Source: Wujia chipingensis (GTDB taxonomy: Bacteria; Bacteroidota; Bacteroidia; Bacteroidales; Muribaculaceae). Taken from it: a stretch of DNA of 64,000 bases. The position numbers and the translations under genes are program-made. Positions 55,264 to 61,869 of the stretch are shown here, in pieces. The notes beneath the pieces are model-generated. The model ran no database searches. It saw nothing but the letters and a program-made list of their open reading frames with translations, and had not been told where the DNA came from. The stretch is from contig CAVKDU010000007.1 in the NCBI GenBank assembly GCA_963655175.1, forward strand, positions 6,801 through 70,800, in the 5' to 3' direction. The first letter of the stretch is position 1, and each line of letters starts with the position of its first letter.

Positions 55264-56670
55264 ATGAATTCAGCACTGCAAAGCCGACTCACATTCGCCC
55301 TGGCGGCAGCCGTGGCTGTGGCCGCGGGCCTGACAGCCGCCAGCGCCCAATTCGGCCTGGCCGACGGCAGCAAAATCACCCTGGCCATGACCATGGCCTG
55401 CGCACTGCCCATGTGGGCGTATGCCAGCCGCAGCTGGGCCACCCGCAGCGGCATGTGGGCGCTGCTGGCCATATCGGTGATGGTGGCCGGCTGCTCGATG
55501 TATAACATTTGGGACTGGACGCTGCACTCAGGCGGCACGCTGGCCCACCCCGTGCTGCGCGCCGACGACAGCCACTACTATGAGTGGGCACTCTACCACT
55601 TCGACGGCAGCGGCCAGAACCTGCCTGTGATGTTTCCGGGGCTGCCCGTGCTGATGATGGGGCTGTGGAGCCTGCTGGGCGTGAGCGTGGCGTGGCCCAT
55701 GGCCATGAACGCCGCCTTTGTGCTGGCCGCCGTGGTGACGGCCGGTGCAGTGGCCCGGCGCATGCTTGACGGGCGCGTGGGCGCAAGCGGCCCCACGGTG
55801 GCTGTTGTGGCCATGGTGATGACCGGCGTGCTGGCCTACTTCGTGTCGCAGGGCATACGCATTCAGAAGGAGGCCATGGTGTATTTGGCCATCGGGCTGG
55901 TGGGATATGCGCTGGCGGGGCTGCGGCGCGGCGACCGCTTCACGGCGGCCGACTGGTGGGCCTACGCGCTGGCGTGCGTGATTCTGGCCTTCGGGCGCAC
56001 CACCTACCTCTATTTTGTGATTATGGGCGTGGCCATGATGTGGGCAGGCAATGCGCGCGGCATGTGGCGCACAGCGGCTGCCCTTGCCGTGATGGCCGCC
56101 GTGCTGATGGCCGCGGGCAACCACTTTGCCTACTACTCGGTGGAGCGGCACGTGATAATAGTGAACGGCGGCAACGAGATGCGCGAGGCATATATCAACG
56201 ACGGCGCGCAGGCTCCCTATCTGCGCCTTATAGGCGACTACTTCAACTACCCCAAACTGCTGCGTGCGGCCTTGCTGCCGCTCACGCTGGCAGTGCAGTT
56301 CATCATACCGTTTCCGTGGCTAAAAGACGCCGTGGTGAGCGTCGACACCGTGCTGCCACGGCTGGCCTACGGCTGGTATGCCGTGGGAGCGATGGCGATA
56401 TTCTACTTTGTGGCCGTGTCGTGGCGCAAGCGCGACAATCTGGGCCTTTGGGCATGGTGGCTGGCGGCCAGCTACGCCGCCATTGCCTACATCACGGCAG
56501 GCTCGATCAGCCGCTATGTGCTGCCCTTCGAGCCGCTCATGGCCACCCTGGCCACCTATGTGCTGTGCCGTGCCGCCGAGGGCCGGCAGCGAAGGGCGCT
56601 GGCGGGCTGGCTGGCGGCGTTTGCCGTGGTGCTGGGCGCGGCGCTGGCAGTGTGCTCGCGCGTGACATGA
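55264..56670 (+). CDS. Polytopic integral membrane protein (about 12 TM; glycosyltransferase-C/O-antigen-polymerase-like topology, family unassigned)
   Basis: The ORF is hydrophobic throughout. The track start at 55258 is GTG, and the first ATG is at 55264 (MNSALQSRL). Confidence 0.6.
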   Translation: MNSALQSRLTFALAAAVAVAAGLTAASAQFGLADGSKITLAMTMACALPMWAYASRSWATRSGMWALLAISVMVAGCSMYNIWDWTLHSGGTLAHPVLRADDSHYYEWALYHFDGSGQNLPVMFPGLPVLMMGLWSLLGVSVAWPMAMNAAFVLAAVVTAGAVARRMLDGRVGASGPTVAVVAMVMTGVLAYFVSQGIRIQKEAMVYLAIGLVGYALAGLRRGDRFTAADWWAYALACVILAFGRTTYLYFVIMGVAMMWAGNARGMWRTAAALAVMAAVLMAAGNHFAYYSVERHVIIVNGGNEMREAYINDGAQAPYLRLIGDYFNYPKLLRAALLPLTLAVQFIIPFPWLKDAVVSVDTVLPRLAYGWYAVGAMAIFYFVAVSWRKRDNLGLWAWWLAASYAAIAYITAGSISRYVLPFEPLMATLATYVLCRAAEGRQRRALAGWLAAFAVVLGAALAVCSRVT

Positions 56671-56763
56671 CCGCTGGCCACAACACACAGTGCAGGCCAC
56701 AGAGGCGAGTGTTGCTTCTGTGGCCTGCACTGGTTATTCTTTATTGTGGAGTTGGCCTACGTG

Positions 56764-57480
56764 TCAGCCCTCATACACGAGCGTGCCGATTGGTTCGCCG
56801 TCGATCACCTTGCGCAGGTTGCCCTTCACGTCCATGTTGAACACGTAGATGGGCAGATGGTTTTCCTTAGCCATCACCGTGGCGGTGAGATCCATCACCT
56901 TGAGGCCGCGGCTATAGATTTCGTCGTAGGTGATTTTGTCGAATTTGGTGGCTGTGGGGTCTTTCTCGGGGTCGGCGGTGTAGATGCCATCGACGCGCGT
57001 GCCCTTGAGCATCACGTCGGCCTCCACCTCGATGCCGCGCAGAGTGCTGCCGGTGTCGGTGGTGAAGAAGGGGTTGCCCGTGCCGCACGACATAATGGCC
57101 ACCTTGCCGGCCTTCATGGCCTCGATGGCGCGCCACTTGCTGTATTGCTCACCGATGGGGAACATGCCGATGGCGGTGAACACCTGAGCCTCCTGGCCGC
57201 GGGCCTCAAGAGCCGACGACAGTGCCAGAGAGTTGATGACCGTGGCCAGCATGCCCATTTGGTCGCCCTTCACGCGGTCCACACCCTTGGTGGCGCCCGA
57301 GAGGCCGCGGAATATGTTGCCGCCGCCAATCACAATGGCCACCTGCACGCCGCGTTGCACAATTTCCTTAATTTGGTCGGCATAGTCGGCCACGCGCTGC
57401 GGGTCGATGCCATAGCCCTGCCCGCCCATCAGCGACTCGCCGCTGAGCTTGAGCAGTATGCGTTTGAATCTGTTTTCCAT
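56764..57480 (-). CDS. pyrH: UMP kinase
   Basis: KRILLKLSGESLMG, VAIVIGGGNIFRG and GTGNPFFTTDT are the PyrH signature regions. Confidence 0.9.
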   Translation of the reverse strand: MENRFKRILLKLSGESLMGGQGYGIDPQRVADYADQIKEIVQRGVQVAIVIGGGNIFRGLSGATKGVDRVKGDQMGMLATVINSLALSSALEARGQEAQVFTAIGMFPIGEQYSKWRAIEAMKAGKVAIMSCGTGNPFFTTDTGSTLRGIEVEADVMLKGTRVDGIYTADPEKDPTATKFDKITYDEIYSRGLKVMDLTATVMAKENHLPIYVFNMDVKGNLRKVIDGEPIGTLVYEG

Positions 57481-57518
57481 ATTTGCAATATGTGTAGTTG
57501 TGTTATGTATATCTGCGG

Positions 57519-57526
57519 CAAAATTA
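57519..57526 (-). promoter_or_regulatory. -7 promoter box (TAATTTTG on minus strand) for pyrH
   Basis: Plus strand CAAAATTA, about 40 nt upstream of the ATG at 57480. Confidence 0.45.
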
Positions 57527-57719
57527 GGCGTTTTTGCCGACTTTCACAAATGGCCCGCGCCAAAGGCCAGCGCACAAAAAAGTCATACTTCAGCCATTCA
57601 AACAATGATTGCACATAACTTGTATATCAGTTCATCGAATTATAGTGAAAATCGCCTGATTTTTATTTACTTTGTATATTTTCGGTCAAAAAAATTTGCT
57701 TCACCTAAAAAACAAAGCA

Positions 57720-57727
57720 TAACTTTG
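57720..57727 (+). promoter_or_regulatory. Orphan -7 promoter box TAACTTTG with no annotated downstream gene
   Basis: Exact TAnnTTTG match pointing into an AT-rich roughly 140-nt stretch that ends at the tRNA-Lys terminator hairpin. Confidence 0.3.
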
Positions 57728-57865
57728 CATTGGAATAAGTGCCCGTATCGGCAGGTCTCGATATCTGCACTATAAAAAAGATGATTGGGAATATGTAGAA
57801 ATACATGTTCCCATTATTCTTTTATATGGTGTCGGTTCTGGCGCAATTACTATGATTTACTGCGC

Positions 57866-57902
57866 AAAAAAAAGAGTTGCAGGCCATAGTGGCTTGCAAC
57901 TC
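57866..57902 (-). terminator. Intrinsic terminator after tRNA-Lys
   Basis: Stem GAGTTGCAGGCC/GGCTTGCAACTC (11/12). On the minus strand it is followed by eight T (plus-strand A-run 57866-57873). Confidence 0.7.
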
Positions 57903-57911
57903 CATTGGGTT

Positions 57912-57987
57912 TGGTGATCCGCTTGGGGCTCGAACCCAAGACCCCAACATTAAAAGTGTTGTGCTCTACCAGCTGAGCTAGCGAATC
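57912..57987 (-). tRNA. tRNA-Lys (anticodon UUU), CCA encoded
   Basis: The reverse complement reads GATTCGC TA GCTC AGCTGGTA GAGC A CAACA CTTTTAA TGTTG GGGTC TTGGG TTCGAGC CCCAA GCGGATC A CCA. It has standard cloverleaf proportions, with one G-U pair in the acceptor stem. Confidence 0.9.
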
Positions 57988-58004
57988 TCCTCTAAAAAGC
58001 GTTG

Positions 58005-58012
58005 CAAAGGTA
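58005..58012 (-). promoter_or_regulatory. -7 promoter box (TACCTTTG on minus strand) for tRNA-Lys
   Basis: Plus strand CAAAGGTA, 18-25 nt upstream of the tRNA 5' end. Confidence 0.5.
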
Positions 58013-58162
58013 CTGCCAATTTGTGAATTATGCAAGCAACGGCCGATTTTTTTGCCAAAAAAGTTTTTTCACGGCAGTTGCGCCGCAAGGCGGACACATA
58101 CCAAAACTGGCGGTTGCGTCCAAAAAACGGCGCGGCGGCATTGCGGTTGGCGAATTATTGGC

Positions 58163-58170
58163 TATATTTG
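58163..58170 (+). promoter_or_regulatory. -7 promoter box TATATTTG for the PatB-like gene
   Basis: Exact TAnnTTTG match 25 nt upstream of the ATG at 58195. Confidence 0.5.
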
Positions 58171-58194
58171 CCATTATCATAAACCAGAAAGAGT

Positions 58195-59385
58195 ATGGCT
58201 AAGTTTGACTTCGACAAAATCGTTGACCGCCGCGGCACAGGGGCGGTGAAACTCGAGATGCTAAAACCCGAATTCGGCTGCACCGACGTGATTCCGGCTT
58301 GGATTGCCGACATGGACTTTGAGGTGTGCCCGGCAATAACCGAGGCGCTGACGCGGCGCATGGCCGACCACCACATTTATGGCTACACTGTGGCCGCCGA
58401 CAGCTACTGGCAGTCGATTATCGACTGGCAGCGCAGCCGCAACGGCTTTGACATTGCGCGCCAAGAGCTCACGTTCATTCCCGGCGTGGTGACCGGTGTG
58501 GCCCTGGCCATCAACTTCTTCACCCGCCCAGGCGACCGCATTGTGATTCAGGAGCCTGTGTACCACCCGTTTCGCCGCGTGATAGCCGACAACGGCCGTC
58601 TGGTGGCCAACAACAAGCTGCTGCACTGCGCCGACGGCACGTGCCAGATGGACCTCGATGGGCTTGAGCGCATATTCAGCGAGCAGCGCCCCGCCATGAT
58701 GATAGTGTGCAACCCGCACAACCCCATGGGCATAGCATGGCCGGTGGAGACGCTGCGCAGCGTGGCCTCGCTGGCGCGGCGCTATGGAGTGAAGGTGATA
58801 AGCGACGAAATTCACGGCGACCTGATGCTGGGCGGACGCAAGCACCACCCAATGCCCATGGTGAGCGACGACGCTGCGGCGGTGGCCATTGCCTTCGGCG
58901 CGCCCACCAAGACGTTCAACATAGCCGGATTCCGCACATCGTGGTGCGTGGTGAAAAACCCCGAGCTGCGAGTGCCCTTCTACCAGTGGCTCTCGGCCAA
59001 CGAGCTCAACGAGCCCAACCTCACCGCCACGCTTGCCGCCGAGGCGGCCTACCGCAACGGCCGCGAGTGGCTCGACGAGGCCCTGGCCTACATAGAGGGC
59101 AACATCGACTTTGTGGCCGACTACTGCGCGCGCCACATTCCGCAGGTGCGCGTGCTAAAGCCGCAGGCCAGCTACCTGGTGTGGCTTGACTTCGGCCGGC
59201 TGGGCCTTAGCCACGAGCAGCTGCTCGACCTCACTCTGCACCACGCCCACGTGGCCATGAACGACGGCGAAATGTTTGGCTGCGGCGGCGAGATGCACGC
59301 CCGCCTCAACGTGGCCGCCCCGCGCAGCGTGATTGCCGACGTGATGAGCCGAATAGCCAGCGCAGTGGCCGAACTGGGCAAATAG
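58195..59385 (+). CDS. PatB/MalY-family PLP-dependent C-S lyase (cystathionine beta-lyase type aminotransferase)
   Basis: 396 aa with FDFDKIVDRRGTGAVKLE, the typical MalY/PatB N-terminus, plus CNPHNPMG and the PLP-lysine region APTKTFNIAG. Confidence 0.8.
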   Translation: MAKFDFDKIVDRRGTGAVKLEMLKPEFGCTDVIPAWIADMDFEVCPAITEALTRRMADHHIYGYTVAADSYWQSIIDWQRSRNGFDIARQELTFIPGVVTGVALAINFFTRPGDRIVIQEPVYHPFRRVIADNGRLVANNKLLHCADGTCQMDLDGLERIFSEQRPAMMIVCNPHNPMGIAWPVETLRSVASLARRYGVKVISDEIHGDLMLGGRKHHPMPMVSDDAAAVAIAFGAPTKTFNIAGFRTSWCVVKNPELRVPFYQWLSANELNEPNLTATLAAEAAYRNGREWLDEALAYIEGNIDFVADYCARHIPQVRVLKPQASYLVWLDFGRLGLSHEQLLDLTLHHAHVAMNDGEMFGCGGEMHARLNVAAPRSVIADVMSRIASAVAELGK

Positions 59386-59405
59386 GCGGCAAGTGCGCCA
59401 AAACT

Positions 59406-59442
59406 GGTAGTGCGTTTGCACGTTAGACGCAAACGCACTACC
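59406..59442 (+). terminator. Hairpin after the PatB-like gene, overlapping the next promoter
   Basis: 14-bp stem GGTAGTGCGTTTGC/GCAAACGCACTACC. Only a short TTT follows. Confidence 0.45.
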
Positions 59443-59446
59443 TTTG
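59439..59446 (+). promoter_or_regulatory. -7 promoter box TACCTTTG for mtgA
   Basis: Exact TAnnTTTG match 45 nt upstream of the ATG at 59491. Confidence 0.45.
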
Positions 59447-59490
59447 CACACACATATAAGATCAACAGAGTTGCACACAAAACAGGAGTC

Positions 59491-60189
59491 ATGACTTGGC
59501 ACAGCCCCATAACACGGATATTTAGAAACGTGCTCATTTTCTTCTTCACCTCGACCATAATGAGCGTGGTGATACTGAAGTGGGTGCCGGTGTACTACAC
59601 ACCGCTGATGCTGATACGCTGCATCGAGCAGGTGGCCGACGGCGACGAGATAAAGCTGCACCACAAGTGGACGCCCATCGAGAGCATATCGGCCAACATG
59701 CCGCTTGCCGTGATGGCAAGCGAGGACGCCAACTTCCTGAAGCACGACGGATTTGACTTCGAACAGATATATGAGGCGCAGCTCACCGCCATGCGCGGCG
59801 GACGCCAGCGCGGCGCCAGCACCATATCGCAGCAAACGGCCAAAAACGTGTTTCTGTGGCCGGGCCACAGCTGGATTCGCAAGGGCTTTGAGGCCTACTT
59901 CACCGTGCTCATAGAGCGCATATGGGGCAAGGAGCGCATAATGGAGGTGTACCTCAACAGCATAGAGATGGGGCGCGGCATATATGGAGTGCAGGCCGTG
60001 GCCCACGATCACTTCGGCACCCGCGCCTCGCTGCTCACGCGCAGCCAGGCCGCGCTGATAGCGGCCACGCTGCCCAACCCGCGGCGCTTCAACTCGGCCG
60101 CACCAAGTGCCTACATGAAGCGCCGCCGCCAGCAAATATTGCACGAGATGCACTTTGTGCAAAATCCGCACTGGGGCGTGAGCCAATGA
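59491..60189 (+). CDS. mtgA: Monofunctional biosynthetic peptidoglycan transglycosylase
   Basis: One N-terminal TM helix, then the GT51 motifs EDANFLKHDGFD, GASTISQQTAKN and RKGFEAYFTVLIE. The start is taken at MTWHSPITRIF. Confidence 0.85.
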   Translation: MTWHSPITRIFRNVLIFFFTSTIMSVVILKWVPVYYTPLMLIRCIEQVADGDEIKLHHKWTPIESISANMPLAVMASEDANFLKHDGFDFEQIYEAQLTAMRGGRQRGASTISQQTAKNVFLWPGHSWIRKGFEAYFTVLIERIWGKERIMEVYLNSIEMGRGIYGVQAVAHDHFGTRASLLTRSQAALIAATLPNPRRFNSAAPSAYMKRRRQQILHEMHFVQNPHWGVSQ

Positions 60190-60317
60190 GCAAAGTGCGG
60201 GGCGATATTCGCATTTGGGCCAATTTTTCGCCAAAATTTTGTTTTTTTAATCAGCCTTGCGAGTTTTGGAACATTTTTTGTTGGAAAAGAGTAAGTCCTT
60301 ATGCAGTGAAAAATTAG

Positions 60318-60325
60318 TAATTTTG
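60318..60325 (+). promoter_or_regulatory. -7 promoter box TAATTTTG about 330 nt upstream of the RND operon
   Basis: Exact TAnnTTTG match. The next credible start codon on this strand is at 60655. Confidence 0.4.
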
Positions 60326-60654
60326 CACCTGATTTATGAGCGGTGCGCCACGCGGCAGTCGTGGGGCATGAAACAAAATGAGTTATCGGTCCGGCTCAGA
60401 GCAGCCGGCAGCATTGGGGAATAAAGGACTTTGCCAGCGCGGCAGGCGCGCCAAAAGCACATTGGCGGCCCCACCACCACAGCACAATCACCCTATACAC
60501 GGAGACAGAACGTCACGCTCAGCTATTTTTAAGGCATGCGGCCAGCGCGCGCCACGCCACCCGAAGCAACGGGCGGCGGCACGCACGGCCGGTGATGCGC
60601 ATTCAAAGGCATTCACAAAAAAGAAACAAAACATATAATAACGCTGAATTATTT

Positions 60655-61815
60655 ATGAAGATGAAAATGAAGTATTCAGTCCTGACCAAGGCCATCGTGG
60701 CGGCAGGACTAATTGCAGTGACAGCCGCATGCAGCGGCAAGGGCGACCAGCAGCAGCAAATGGCGGACGCACCCGCCGAGGTCGCAACAATGACAGTGAC
60801 GCTGGGCAGCGCCAACCTCAACAACGCCTACCCCGCAACCATCAAGGGCAAGAGCGACGTGGAGATACGCCCGCAGATTTCAGGCTTCATCACCAAAGTG
60901 TGCGTTGACGAAGGCCAGCGCGTGGCCAAGGGCCAGACGCTCTTCATCATCGACGAGGTGCAGCTGCAGGCAGCAGTACGCTCGGCCGAGGCCGCTGTGG
61001 CAGCAGCCAAGTCGCAGGTGGCCACCGCACGCCTCACCGCCAACAACCAGAAGAAACTTTTTGAGAAAAACATTATAAGCAGCTACCAGTATCAGACTGC
61101 CGAGCTGCAGCTGCAAGCCGCACAGGCACAGCTGAGCCAGGCACAGGCCGCAGTGGTGCAAGCAAAGAAGAACCTCTCGTATGCAGTGGTGAAGGCTCCG
61201 TGCAGCGGCGTGGTTGGCGCCATCCCCAACCGCGAGGGATCGCTTGCCAGCCCTTCGGGCCAGGCTCTGACCACCATCAGCGACAACTCGCAGGTGTATG
61301 CCTACTTCTCGCTCAACGAGAAGCAAGTGCTTGAGCTCACCAACAACGGCGCCCGCTCGCTTGAGGCAGCCATCAAGCAAATGCCTCTGGTGAAGCTGCG
61401 CCTTAGCGACGGCACTGTGTATGGCAAGCCCGGACGCGTGTCGACGGTGAGCGGCGTGCTCGACGCCAGCACCGGTAGCGCCAGCGTGCGCGCCCTCTTC
61501 AGCAACGAGAACGGCATGCTGCGCAGCGGAAGCACCGGCGAGGTGCTGATTCCCGTCAACAGCCAGAACGTGATGCTTGTGCCGCAGTCGGCAACCTACG
61601 AGGTACAAGACATGAAATATGTGTATGTGGTGGGCGACTCGAGCAAGGCTGTGTCGCGCCCCATCAAGGTGCTGTCTGAGAACGACGGCGTGAACTATGT
61701 GGTGACTTCGGGCCTTAAGGTGGGCGACGTGATCGTGACCGAAGGCGTGGGCACACTCGTGAAAGACGGTGTGGTGGTAAAGCCCAAAAACGCAGCCGCA
61801 GCAGCCAAGAAATAA
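60655..61815 (+). CDS. Efflux RND transporter periplasmic adaptor subunit (MexA/AcrA-like)
   Basis: Lipoprotein signal (MKMKMKYSVLTKAIVAAGLIAVTAAC), a biotinyl/lipoyl-like hairpin (RPQISGFITKVCVDEGQRVAKGQTLFIID), a coiled-coil and beta-barrel regions. Confidence 0.85.
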   Translation: MKMKMKYSVLTKAIVAAGLIAVTAACSGKGDQQQQMADAPAEVATMTVTLGSANLNNAYPATIKGKSDVEIRPQISGFITKVCVDEGQRVAKGQTLFIIDEVQLQAAVRSAEAAVAAAKSQVATARLTANNQKKLFEKNIISSYQYQTAELQLQAAQAQLSQAQAAVVQAKKNLSYAVVKAPCSGVVGAIPNREGSLASPSGQALTTISDNSQVYAYFSLNEKQVLELTNNGARSLEAAIKQMPLVKLRLSDGTVYGKPGRVSTVSGVLDASTGSASVRALFSNENGMLRSGSTGEVLIPVNSQNVMLVPQSATYEVQDMKYVYVVGDSSKAVSRPIKVLSENDGVNYVVTSGLKVGDVIVTEGVGTLVKDGVVVKPKNAAAAAKK

Positions 61816-61869
61816 GTTAAGCATCCGCATTTTTTAGGGAAAGAACAGAGATAAAGATTTTTTACAGCA

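Noticed and set aside
60380-60500. Resemblance of GGTCCGGCTCAGAGCAGCCGGCAGC to the SRP RNA domain IV (GGUCCGGAAGGAAGCAGCC), and of GGTCCG...ACACGGAG to the guanidine-I (ykkC) riboswitch.
   Set aside because: The GNRA tetraloop and symmetric-loop arrangement of SRP RNA are not reproduced. The conserved ykkC blocks are incomplete and in the wrong order. The region is kept only as an unexplained structured region.
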